From contig DASVDI010000021.1 in the NCBI GenBank assembly GCA_036381175.1, positions 56,271 through 120,270 on the forward strand: a stretch of 64,000 bases of DNA. The letters are read 5' to 3'. Made by a program: the position numbers and the translations under genes. Positions 39,335 to 48,380 of the stretch are shown here, in pieces; positions within the stretch are counted from its first letter, which is position 1, and the number at the start of each line of letters is the position of its first letter. The notes below the pieces were generated by a model. That model saw only the letters and a program-made list of their open reading frames with translations. It searched no databases and had not been told where the DNA came from. The stretch is from Gammaproteobacteria bacterium. Lineage in GTDB: Bacteria > Pseudomonadota > Gammaproteobacteria > Natronospirales > JAJUFS01.

Positions 39335-39482
39335 AAAACCTGTTTTCAGAATCGAAGCTGCCGAGGCTCAGCCAAGGCGCGGTCGCCTCGAGGGGCGGAG
39401 TTTACACGCAAGTAAATGACAACCCGAGACGCGGCCGCAACGCAGGATCAGTCCGGCAAATTCGATTCTGAAAACAGGTTTT
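39335..39482. repeat. 148-bp element bounded by perfect 22-bp inverted repeats (AAAACCTGTTTTCAGAATCGAA)
   Basis: The arms are 39335-39356 and 39461-39482. I checked them base by base and found exact reverse complements. They enclose 104 bp that contain a nested CCGAGGC/GCCTCG hairpin. Confidence 0.85.
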
Positions 39483-41271
39483 ACTGGCCGCGCAGGAACA
39501 TGCGGTCAAGTTGCTCCATCGTCAGGCGAAACCACGTGGGCCGGCCATGGTTGCACTGGTCGGCGCGCGGCGTGCGTTCCATGTCGCGCAGGAGCGCGTT
39601 CATTTCAGGAATGGTGAGCCGGCGATGCGCGCGCATGGACGTATGGCAAGCGGTCGTTGCCAAGGCGAAATCGATGGCGCGTTCGATGCGGCGGCTTTCA
39701 CCGTGCTCGGCAATATCCGCGAGCACATCGCGGGTCAGCTTCACGAGATCGTGATCCTTCAGCGCTGCGGGCACGGCGCGCAAGACAATCATGTCCGGAC
39801 CGCGGCGCTCAAGTTCGAAACCGGCGGCCGAAAGGCGAGCCGCATGTTCTTCGGCAAGATCCGCTTCACGCCGGCTGACGCCGATCCGTTCCGGAACCAG
39901 CATCGGCTGCACCGGCACCTGCCCGGCCGCGAGTTGCTCCTTGAAACGTTCGTAGGTGATGCGTTCGTGCGCCGCGTGCATGTCGACAACGACAAGACCG
40001 TTGTCGGTCGCGGCGAGAATGTAAATGCCATGCAGCTGCGCGAGCGCATAGCCCATTGCGTATCCGGTCGGAGGCGCGGCGGATTCTTGCGGCGCGCTTT
40101 CGCGTACACCACCAACCGTGATTTCCGGTTGTTCAAAGGAATACAACTGCGCTTGCGCGGAAATAGCCTCCGCCATTGCGGGGCGTGAACCGGAATGCAG
40201 GTTCTGCACCGCGCGCGAAGCCGGCCCCATGCCCGCCACCACGTTTTCCGATGTCGCAATGTTCGCACCCGGCTTCGTCCGCGCGAGCACGTCGTGCAAG
40301 GAGCGATAAAGAAAATCATGCACGTGACGGCTGTTACGAAAACGCACTTCGTGTTTCGCGGGGTGCGCGTTCACATCCACGCCCGCCGGATCCATTTCGA
40401 GAAACAGCACGAATGCCGGATGCCGGCCGTGGAACAGCACATCCTGAAACGCCTGGCGCACCGCATGCGCAATGACTTTGTCGCGCACCATCCGGCCGTT
40501 GACAAAGAAATGCTGCAAATCCGCCTGGCTGCGTGAAAACGCCGGCAACCCGACCCAGCCGAACAGTTTCAGGCCGGCTGCTTCATGTTCGATGCGAAGG
40601 CAGTTTTCGATGAAACCCGGACCGCAGACGCCAGCGATGCGCCGGTCTTCCCCGGCGGCATCGCGCGCGGCGTTGAGATTCAGCACGGCCTTGCCGTTGT
40701 GCGTGAGTTGCAGATCGAGGCCGAAGCGGCTCAAGGCAATGCGCTCGACCACCTGCTGCACGTGGCCGAACTCGGTTTTCTCCGTGCGCATGAATTTGCG
40801 CCGCGCGGGCGTGTTGAAAAAGAGATCGCGGACTTCAACCGTCGTGCCCTGCGGGTGCGGTGCCGGTGCGGGAGGCGAATAATTTCCGCTTCCATCGCCT
40901 TCGATGCGCGTGGCCTCGCTGTCGTTCGCGGTGCGCGATGTTATGGCGATCCGCGCCACCGAGCCGATGCTCGGCAAGGCCTCGCCGCGAAAACCCAGTG
41001 AGGCGACGTGTTCGAGATCGTCCAGCGAGGCGATCTTGCTGGTGGCATGCCGCGCAACCGCAAGCGGCAATTCCTCGCGCGGAATGCCCTGGCCGTTGTC
41101 GCGGATGCGGATCAGGCGCAGGCCGCCGTCTTCGATGTCGACCTGGATACGCGACGCGCCCGCATCCAGCGCGTTTTCCAGCAATTCCTTGACGACGGAT
41201 GCAGGCCGCTCGACCACTTCACCGGCGGCGATCTGGTTGACGAGCTGGGCGGGAAGTTCGCGGATGGGCAT
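39481..41271 (-). CDS. mutL: DNA mismatch repair protein MutL
   Basis: MPIRELPAQLVNQIAAGEVVERPASVVKELLENALDAGA... is canonical. The start is trimmed to ATG 41271. Confidence 0.97.
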   Translation of the reverse strand: MPIRELPAQLVNQIAAGEVVERPASVVKELLENALDAGASRIQVDIEDGGLRLIRIRDNGQGIPREELPLAVARHATSKIASLDDLEHVASLGFRGEALPSIGSVARIAITSRTANDSEATRIEGDGSGNYSPPAPAPHPQGTTVEVRDLFFNTPARRKFMRTEKTEFGHVQQVVERIALSRFGLDLQLTHNGKAVLNLNAARDAAGEDRRIAGVCGPGFIENCLRIEHEAAGLKLFGWVGLPAFSRSQADLQHFFVNGRMVRDKVIAHAVRQAFQDVLFHGRHPAFVLFLEMDPAGVDVNAHPAKHEVRFRNSRHVHDFLYRSLHDVLARTKPGANIATSENVVAGMGPASRAVQNLHSGSRPAMAEAISAQAQLYSFEQPEITVGGVRESAPQESAAPPTGYAMGYALAQLHGIYILAATDNGLVVVDMHAAHERITYERFKEQLAAGQVPVQPMLVPERIGVSRREADLAEEHAARLSAAGFELERRGPDMIVLRAVPAALKDHDLVKLTRDVLADIAEHGESRRIERAIDFALATTACHTSMRAHRRLTIPEMNALLRDMERTPRADQCNHGRPTWFRLTMEQLDRMFLRGQ

Positions 41272-41436
41272 ATTCGGCACGTGCTGGAAAACGGGCTGCC
41301 AAGGGTAACGGGAGCGTGCCGCGAATCCAACGCAGATCTTTGCGAAACCCGCCTGAGGCACGAAAGCTGCGTGGCGGAGAAGTTCGCCACCTTTGAAAAA
41401 GGGGGGCCGCTGTGCGCAGCAAAGCAGGGGAATTTT

Positions 41437-42747
41437 CTACGAACCGATCGGAATGACCAGCTTCTCGCCCACCAGCAGCGTGTCGTCGGACTTGCCGTTC
41501 ACGCGCCGCAAGGTCTGCAGGCTGACGTTGTAGCGCCGTGCAATGCCCGACAACGTTTCACCGCTGCTTACGGCGTGCTGGCGCGGTTCGGCGTCGCCGC
41601 GTCCCTGCCAGGCCGCGATCAGCGTTCCCGGCGGCGGGTTGCTGTAGAAATACTCATGCACGCCTTTCACGATGGATTCCGCCAGGCGGCGCTGATAGTC
41701 GCGGTCCCGCAGCTTGCGCTCTTCGGCGCGATTCGAGATGAAGCCGGTCTCGACGAGAATCGACGGCACGTCCGGCGCCTTCAGCACGATGAACCCTGCC
41801 TGCTGGACCCTTTCCTGGTGCACTTCCGTCACGCGATCAAGAGCATTCAACACGTGCCGGCCGACGTTCAGGCTCGCCGAAAGCGTCGCGGTCTTGCTCA
41901 AATCCATCAGTACCGAGGCGAGCAAATCGCCCTTGTCCGACAGCGACACGCCGCCGACCAGGTCCGATGCGTTCTCGCGCTCCGCCAGCATGCGCGCCGC
42001 CTGGCTGGACGCGCCGCGCTCGGAAACCACGTAAACCGACGCGCCGCTGGGCTGTGGCGAATGGAAAGCATCGGCGTGAATGGAAATGAACATGTCGGCG
42101 CCGACCTCGCGGGCTTTCCGGCGGCGATCGGCATTCTCCACGTAATAGTCGCCATCGCGAATCATGACGGCGCGCATGCCGGGCTCGGCGTTGATCTTTT
42201 TCTCGAGCTCACGGGCGATCTGGAGGACGACATCCTTCTCGCGCGTGCCGGCGTAGCCGAGCGCACCTGGATCCTCGCCGCCATGGCCGGCGTCGATGGC
42301 AATCAGTAGGTCACGTCCGGTTGGTGTCACACGCTTGACCGGCTTCGGCTCGGTGCGCGGTGCGGCGGTTTCCAGGTCCAGCACCAGCCGGTGGCCGTAC
42401 TCGCCGTTCGGTTTCACCATGAAACTTTTCGGCTTGAGCTTTTCGGTGAGATCGAAAACCACGCGCAGGTCGGTCTTGTCGCGCGGCGCGTGACGAATCT
42501 GCGCGATGCGTCCGCCGACGGACGGGATGTCAACGGACGCGTCAAGCGTGGCGTTGCCGAGGTCGACGACGATGCGGTCAGGGTTCTCGAGGGAAAAAAC
42601 GGTGTGATCCACGGGCGCGGACAAATCGAAAACGACCCGTGTTTCGTCGGGGCCTTCCCAGACGCGCACGCCTTCCACGGTGACCGATCCGGCGTTCGCG
42701 GCCGTGGAAAAGGAAAGCAGCGCTAATGAAATCAGTAACTTGCGCAT
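41437..42747 (-). CDS. amiB: N-acetylmuramoyl-L-alanine amidase (AMIN + amidase_3 + C-terminal LysM)
   Basis: Signal peptide MRKLLISLALLSFSTAANA. ...IAIDAGHGGEDPGA... The LysM-like tail is ...HAVSSGETLSGIARRYNVSLQTLRRVNG... The position matches amiB between tsaE and mutL. Confidence 0.92.
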   Translation of the reverse strand: MRKLLISLALLSFSTAANAGSVTVEGVRVWEGPDETRVVFDLSAPVDHTVFSLENPDRIVVDLGNATLDASVDIPSVGGRIAQIRHAPRDKTDLRVVFDLTEKLKPKSFMVKPNGEYGHRLVLDLETAAPRTEPKPVKRVTPTGRDLLIAIDAGHGGEDPGALGYAGTREKDVVLQIARELEKKINAEPGMRAVMIRDGDYYVENADRRRKAREVGADMFISIHADAFHSPQPSGASVYVVSERGASSQAARMLAERENASDLVGGVSLSDKGDLLASVLMDLSKTATLSASLNVGRHVLNALDRVTEVHQERVQQAGFIVLKAPDVPSILVETGFISNRAEERKLRDRDYQRRLAESIVKGVHEYFYSNPPPGTLIAAWQGRGDAEPRQHAVSSGETLSGIARRYNVSLQTLRRVNGKSDDTLLVGEKLVIPIGS

Positions 42748-42874
42748 TTTTTCGTAGGCGGTTTCCCCTGTGTGCTCCAAATAGTACTTCAGCAGGAGCA
42801 GAATTCAAGGAATTTTGTTAATTAATTCAGTAAGAAAGCGACGATTATTCGAGTAGATCATTCAGGTGTGGACG

Positions 42875-43339
42875 TTAAATTAACGCGAAGGCCCGCACTG
42901 CGGCATCAGTATTCCTGGTTATTTTCACCTCCCTGCCACCGCCTGCCGCGAAGGTGATGTGGACTACGGCATCGGGTGCCGGCAGGTGTCCTGCGCCTTT
43001 TTCCGGCCACTCGATCAAAATCCAGCGGCCGGAACCCGCCAGTTCCCGCAGGCCGAGGAATTCCAGTTCTTCCGGGTCGGCGAGGCGATACAGATCGAGG
43101 TGCGCAAGTTCCGCGCCGCCCGGCAAGGTGTAAGGCTCAAGCAAGGTGTAGGTCGGGCTTTTCACGCGGCCTGCGTGACCCATGCCCGCCAGCCAGCCGC
43201 GCGTCAGCGTAGTCTTGCCCGCACCGAGACCGCCTTCCAGCCAGACCGTGAGCGGCGTTGTCTTCGCCGCAGCGCCGAGCCGCCGGCCCAGGGTGAGCAT
43301 GGCGGCCTCGTCGGAAACCTGGATGAGGGATTCGTTCAT
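42875..43339 (-). CDS. tsaE: tRNA t6A37 biosynthesis ATPase TsaE (YjeE)
   Basis: ...LEGGLGAGKTTLTRG... and ...SPTYTL... motifs. Confidence 0.93.
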   Translation of the reverse strand: MNESLIQVSDEAAMLTLGRRLGAAAKTTPLTVWLEGGLGAGKTTLTRGWLAGMGHAGRVKSPTYTLLEPYTLPGGAELAHLDLYRLADPEELEFLGLRELAGSGRWILIEWPEKGAGHLPAPDAVVHITFAAGGGREVKITRNTDAAVRAFALI

Positions 43340-44835
43340 GTTCGTTCTGTCCCCGGATTCACCACGCTGCGGATTTCGTTGAGCACGTCGCTCGCCAGCA
43401 AACCGCGTTCACCTCGCCTCGCGGCACGATCACCCGCAACGCCATGGACAAGCACACCGGAACAGGCGGCATCGAAGGCGGCGAGGCCTTGCGCGCGAAG
43501 CGCCGCGATCACGCCGGTCAGCACATCGCCCATGCCCGCGGACGCCATGCCGGGATTGCCCGCGTCGCAAAGCCTGACCCGCCCGTCGGGCGCCGCGACC
43601 AGCGTGCCGGCGCCTTTAAGCACGGCGACCGCACCGAACTTCTCCGCAAGCCATCGCACCGCTGAAAACCGGTCCGCCTCAACGCGCGCAACCGGGCAAT
43701 CCAGCAGGCGCGCCGCCTCGCCGGGATGCGGGGTGATGATGTCGTTCGCGGTCGATGGCAGCGGATGCCGCGCGAGCCAGTTGAGTCCGTCCGCGTCGAT
43801 CACGCGCGGCAGGTTCGCATTGTCACGGTGGCGAAGGTGATTCCAGAGATTCTCTGACCAGGTGTCCTGTCCAAGTCCCGGTCCGATCGCGAGCACGTCC
43901 GCAAGGCGAAGCCATGATTCGCACTCCTCGCCGGATTCCACGCCTTCGCACATCAGTTCAGGCCGCGCTCCGGCAATCGCCGCGATATTTCCCGGCCACG
44001 CCAGCACGCTCACCTTGCCGGAACCTGCGCGCAATGCCGCTTCGCCTGTCATCCGGGCCGCGCCCGGCATGCCGTGCCCGCCACCGAGGACGACAACATT
44101 CCCATAGTCTCCCTTGTGCGCGTCACGCTCGCGCGGCGGCAGCCAGCCATCCAGCAGGCCCACATCAAGCCGCTCCGCGAGCGGCGGGATGTCGCGGTAA
44201 ATGCCGGCTGGCACACCGAGACCGGCGAATTGCACTTCGCCCGTGAACGCCGGACCGCGACCCGTGAAAAGCCCCGCCTTGAGACCAATGAAGGAAACCG
44301 TGATCGTCGCGCGCATCGCGACGCCGAGCGCAGTGCCGGTGTCGACGTGCAGGCCCGACGGAATGTCGGCGGATATCACGGGCTTGATCGCGGCGTTCAC
44401 CGCGCGAATGACATCCGCAAAACGGCCTTCGACCGCGCGATCGAGGCCGGTGCCCAACAAGGCGTCGATCACGACATCGCTCTCGCGCAGAACATCGTCA
44501 GTGAAATCCGTGCACGCGCCGCCGGCCGCGATCCATTCATGATGCGCATCGCGAGCTGCGCCTTTCAACGCCGCGGGATGTGAGAGCGCGCAAAGCACGA
44601 CATCGAGACTGGCTTCGCGCGCAAGCCGCGCGAGCACGTAGCCGTCACCGCCATTGTTGCCGCCTCCGCACAGCACCAGTACGTGCCCTGCTGACGGAAA
44701 ACGCTCGCGCAATGTCGCGAACAGCGCGGCTCCGGCGCGGTGCATGAGCTCACCGGCGGCAATGCCGCCCGCGATGGCACGGCGATCCAGCTCGCGAACA
44801 TCGGCGGCGCGATACAATGCGTGAGGCAAAGACAT
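43336..44835 (-). CDS. nnr: Bifunctional NAD(P)H-hydrate epimerase / ADP-dependent dehydratase (Nnr, YjeF)
   Basis: Two-domain protein of 499 aa with ...CGGGNNGGDGY... and a C-terminal carbohydrate-kinase-like domain. It overlaps tsaE by 4 nt. Confidence 0.92.
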   Translation of the reverse strand: MSLPHALYRAADVRELDRRAIAGGIAAGELMHRAGAALFATLRERFPSAGHVLVLCGGGNNGGDGYVLARLAREASLDVVLCALSHPAALKGAARDAHHEWIAAGGACTDFTDDVLRESDVVIDALLGTGLDRAVEGRFADVIRAVNAAIKPVISADIPSGLHVDTGTALGVAMRATITVSFIGLKAGLFTGRGPAFTGEVQFAGLGVPAGIYRDIPPLAERLDVGLLDGWLPPRERDAHKGDYGNVVVLGGGHGMPGAARMTGEAALRAGSGKVSVLAWPGNIAAIAGARPELMCEGVESGEECESWLRLADVLAIGPGLGQDTWSENLWNHLRHRDNANLPRVIDADGLNWLARHPLPSTANDIITPHPGEAARLLDCPVARVEADRFSAVRWLAEKFGAVAVLKGAGTLVAAPDGRVRLCDAGNPGMASAGMGDVLTGVIAALRAQGLAAFDAACSGVLVHGVAGDRAARRGERGLLASDVLNEIRSVVNPGTERT

Positions 44836-44863
44836 TCCCGCATTCTAACCGAGCTCTTGTTGC

Positions 44864-45958
44864 ATGGCCGAACGCGCCCGAAAAACAGACGCTGCAATCG
44901 ACGCGCAGAAACTGGCTGCCGACATTCGGCTATGGGCGGGCGAACTCGGCTTCCAGCAAACCGGCTTCACGCGCCGCGCGTTGCACGACGCCGAGGCGCG
45001 CCTGGATGCCTGGCTTGACGCCGGCAAACAGGGCGACATGGAATGGATGGGGCGTCACGGTCGCAAGCGCACGCGTCCCGCGGAACTCGTGCCGGGAACC
45101 GTCACCGTGATTTCCGTTCGCATGGATTATCTGCCGGAAGAAAAAACTGATCCGCGCGAACTGCTTGATCACGAAAGCCGCGCTTACGTGTCGCGTTACG
45201 CACTCGGGCGCGACTACCACAAGCTCATGCGCAATCGCTTGCAGAAACTTGTCGACAAGATCGCCGATGCCATCGGCCCGTTCGGTTACCGCGCCTTCGT
45301 CGACAGCGCACCTGTCATGGAAAAGCCGCTCGCGCAAAATGCCGGTCTCGGCTGGATCGGCAAGCACACCAATCTCATCAACCGGAATGCGGGCTCGTGG
45401 TTTTTTCTCGGCGAGCTTTACGTCGACATCGAATTGCCCGAAGACGAACCGGAAATCGAGCATTGCGGTTCCTGCACGAAATGCATCGACGTCTGTCCGA
45501 CGAAAGCCATTACCGGTCCTTACCAGCTCGACGCGCGACGCTGCATTTCCTACCTCACCATTGAACACGCCGGATCGATTCCGGAGGAATTCCGTGAAGC
45601 GATGGGCAATCGCGTCTACGGTTGCGACGACTGTCAGCTGTTCTGTCCCTGGAACAAGTTCGCGCAATTCAGTGCGCAGGAAGATTTCACGCCACGCGAA
45701 AATCTCGATGCGGCCGAACTGGTGGAACTGTTTGCGTGGAGCGAGGAAGAATTCCTGGAGAAAACCGCGGGAAGCGCCATTCGCCGCATCGGTCATGAAC
45801 GCTGGTTGAGAAACATCGCGATCGCGCTTGGTAATGCGACGACAACACCGGAAGTTGTCAGCGCACTTGAGGCGTGCTGCGAACATCCTTCAGCCGTCGT
45901 GCGCGAACATGTCGAATGGGCGTTGAAGAAACATCAAAAGAGCAATAGACAGGATTAA
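44864..45958 (+). CDS. queG: Epoxyqueuosine reductase QueG
   Basis: 4Fe-4S motifs CGSCTKCIDVCP and CDDCQLFCP. Divergent from nnr, as yjeS is in E. coli. Confidence 0.94.
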   Translation: MAERARKTDAAIDAQKLAADIRLWAGELGFQQTGFTRRALHDAEARLDAWLDAGKQGDMEWMGRHGRKRTRPAELVPGTVTVISVRMDYLPEEKTDPRELLDHESRAYVSRYALGRDYHKLMRNRLQKLVDKIADAIGPFGYRAFVDSAPVMEKPLAQNAGLGWIGKHTNLINRNAGSWFFLGELYVDIELPEDEPEIEHCGSCTKCIDVCPTKAITGPYQLDARRCISYLTIEHAGSIPEEFREAMGNRVYGCDDCQLFCPWNKFAQFSAQEDFTPRENLDAAELVELFAWSEEEFLEKTAGSAIRRIGHERWLRNIAIALGNATTTPEVVSALEACCEHPSAVVREHVEWALKKHQKSNRQD

Positions 45959-46115
45959 CAGGATTTCTCAGAATTAACAGGATTCAAAAGCAGCAGAATA
46001 ATTATCGTGAATAAATAACAAATGGCGCGTGAGCGCACTTTCTGGTCTTTGAAATATTTCGCTCTAATCCTGTAAATCCTTTTTTGAATCCTGTTAATCC
46101 TGTCCATTGCCTTTG
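45937..46115. repeat. Palindromic intergenic element, copy A (arms AAARRGCAATRGACAGGATTAACAGGATT plus internal ACAGGATT repeats, AT-rich core)
   Basis: The left arm is 45937-45965 and the right arm 46087-46115, near-perfect reverse complements. The arms contain the stop codons of queG and pgi. Confidence 0.85.
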
Positions 46116-47701
46116 CTTTTCAATCGCAACAGAAGTTCCCGCGTTGCCGGATCCGGTTCGTCCGGCATTTTCCCGCCGCTCACCGCCGGTTCCAGGCGCT
46201 TCGCAATTTTCTTGCCGAGTTCGACACCGAACTGATCGAACGGATTGAGATTCCAGATCACGCTTTGCGCGAACACCTTGTGCTCGTACATCGCAATCAG
46301 CGCACCAAGGCGGCGTGCATCGAGTTCGTCGAGAAGCATTGTCGTGCTGGGACGGTTCCCCGGAAACGCGCGATACGGCAACAGTTCATCGTCACCATCC
46401 TCATTGCGCGCGACGCTTTCATCACGGCCGTGCATCAGCGCTTCCGCTTGTGCAAGACCGTTCGCGAGCATGCAATCTCGCTGCGACTTCAAACCGTGGT
46501 CAGGTCCGCCGACGAGAATGAAATCCAGTGGTGCCCAACCCGTTCCCTGGTGAAGTTGCTGGAAGAACGCGTGCTGGCCATTCATGCCAACGCCGCCCCA
46601 GATGATGGGCGCGGTGCGATAGTCCACGGTTTTTCCCGCGCGATCGACGCGCTTGCCGTTGGATTCCATTTCAAGTTGCTGCAGGTAGGCAGGCAGTTTC
46701 GCGAGCGCTTCGGAATACGGAATGACGGCATGCGTTGGTGCCTCGTGGAAATTGATGTTCCAGACGCCAACAAGTGCGAGCAGCAGTGGCAGGTTCTGAT
46801 GCGGTTTTGCGGTTCGAAAGTGACGATCCATCGCGCGCGCCCCCGACAGCAATTCCTCGAACGCCGGCATGCCGAAACGAAGCGCAACCGGCAAACCCAC
46901 CGTCGACCACAGCGAGTAACGCCCGCCCGCCCATTCGGGCATGCACAACTGGTTCTCCTCGGCGATGCCGGCCTCATTCATTGCGGCGACATTCGCGGAA
47001 ATGCCGATCACCTGTTCATGCAGAACCTGCGCGCGTTCCTTTCCGTCGGCGAGCCAGTCGATCAGCGTTTCGCCGTTGAGCGTGGTTTCAGCCGTAGTGA
47101 AGGATTTCGAGACGAGTGTCAGCAGGGTGCGCTCGCGCGGAAGTTTTTTCATCAAGCGCACAAGCGGCGCGGGATCGGTCGTGCTGACAAAATGAACGTC
47201 CGGGCCATCGCTGTCCGGGTTTGCGCCATCGAGCACATCGAGTGCGAGCGCAGGACCGAGATGCGAACCGCCGATGCCGACATGGATAACATGATCGAAA
47301 CGCTTGCCGGAACGGATGCGCTCGACAAGTGCGCGCATGCGCGCACGTTGCTCGACAACGAATTTCTCCGTTTCCTCGCTGCCGATGCCGTCGCCCGGCT
47401 CGCCGCGCAAGGCCATGTGCAAGGCGGGACGCTTCTCGGTGTGATTGACAAACTCGCCGCGCCACAGAGCAGTCAACGCGCCGCTGAAATCGCGCGCACG
47501 CGACAGCGCGAACAAGGCGTCGAGAACATCGCCATCAAGCCGTTGGCGGGAAATATCGAGAAAGATGCCGCCGGCTTCGGCAGACAAGGTTTTCGCGCGG
47601 GAAGGATCACTGTCGAAGGCGTCGCTGATTCGCCGGTCCTGCCAGGCGCGCCGCAATTCGGCGAGCCGCTGCCATTCCTTGCTGGCAGTTATCGATTCCA
47701 T
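46094..47701 (-). CDS. pgi: Glucose-6-phosphate isomerase
   Basis: ...VIHVGIGGSHLGP..., ...GGRYSLWS..., ...MESNGK... The start is trimmed to ATG 47701 (MESITASKEW). Confidence 0.97.
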   Translation of the reverse strand: MESITASKEWQRLAELRRAWQDRRISDAFDSDPSRAKTLSAEAGGIFLDISRQRLDGDVLDALFALSRARDFSGALTALWRGEFVNHTEKRPALHMALRGEPGDGIGSEETEKFVVEQRARMRALVERIRSGKRFDHVIHVGIGGSHLGPALALDVLDGANPDSDGPDVHFVSTTDPAPLVRLMKKLPRERTLLTLVSKSFTTAETTLNGETLIDWLADGKERAQVLHEQVIGISANVAAMNEAGIAEENQLCMPEWAGGRYSLWSTVGLPVALRFGMPAFEELLSGARAMDRHFRTAKPHQNLPLLLALVGVWNINFHEAPTHAVIPYSEALAKLPAYLQQLEMESNGKRVDRAGKTVDYRTAPIIWGGVGMNGQHAFFQQLHQGTGWAPLDFILVGGPDHGLKSQRDCMLANGLAQAEALMHGRDESVARNEDGDDELLPYRAFPGNRPSTTMLLDELDARRLGALIAMYEHKVFAQSVIWNLNPFDQFGVELGKKIAKRLEPAVSGGKMPDEPDPATRELLLRLKSKGNGQD

Positions 47702-47796
47702 GTCGCTATCCCCCGAAAGCAAGAACAATAGACAGGATCATTGAATGGGACTGATAGAAATCGGCGCATGCAATGTTGATTCTGTCCGTCGCTCGT

Positions 47797-47828
47797 AAAA
47801 AAGCCGCTCCGGTTACCCGAAGCGGCTT
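47797..47828 (-). terminator. Rho-independent terminator after panD
   Basis: GCCGCTTCGG-GTAA-CCGGAGCGGC hairpin followed by TTTTTT on the minus strand, 28 nt after the panD stop. Confidence 0.8.
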
Positions 47829-47855
47829 TGATGTTCCGTCAGTCGTGCGCCGTCT

Positions 47856-48236
47856 TCAAGCGGCCTGCACCGGAATCGCGTTACGCGAACCGGTGATGGT
47901 GTTGTGTTCGTCAAGATAAATCAGCCGCGGCTTGTGCGCAGCCACCTCGCCTTCGGGCATCGAACCATACGCGCAGATGATGACACGATCGCCCGGACGC
48001 GCCTTGTGGGCGGCGGCGCCGTTGACGGAAATGACCTTCGAACCGCGCTCGGCCTTGATGGCATAGGTCGTGAAGCGCTCGCCGTTGGTGACGTTGTATA
48101 TCTGGATCTGCTCGTACTCGTGGATGCCGGCGGCCTCCAGGAGATTGATGTCGATCGCGCAGGAGCCTTCATAATCCAGCTCCGCGTGCGTCACGCAGGC
48201 ACGGTGCAGTTTGCATTTCAGCAGGGTCACGTGCAT
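47856..48236 (-). CDS. panD: Aspartate 1-decarboxylase
   Basis: ...[24 protein letters not shown]... includes the GS self-cleavage site. Confidence 0.97.
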   Translation of the reverse strand: MHVTLLKCKLHRACVTHAELDYEGSCAIDINLLEAAGIHEYEQIQIYNVTNGERFTTYAIKAERGSKVISVNGAAAHKARPGDRVIICAYGSMPEGEVAAHKPRLIYLDEHNTITGSRNAIPVQAA

Positions 48237-48380
48237 TGCAATACCTTGATTCGTAAGGATTTCAAGACCAGTCCGGGAACAGTGCTCCCGTCCGCCGGAC
48301 CGGATGGGACGGGTATTTTACGTGAGGCGAATTCCCCGCCTCAAGTTGCCAGCCGAAAACGGCCGGTTCCATACGCGTTT

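Noticed and set aside
45937-46115. A CRISPR array or tandem-repeat locus, considered as an explanation for the ACAGGATT repeats.
   Set aside because: The repeat units are only 8-9 bp and sit in inverted rather than direct orientation. There are no spacer-sized unique segments and no cas genes in the window.
48285-48320. A terminator-like hairpin (CCCGTCC-N13-GGACGGG followed by TATTTTA) in the 144-nt panC-panD spacer.
   Set aside because: The T-tract follows the stem only on the plus strand, which is antisense to the pan operon. On the coding strand there is no U-run. It is probably just mRNA structure, and I have no evidence for function.
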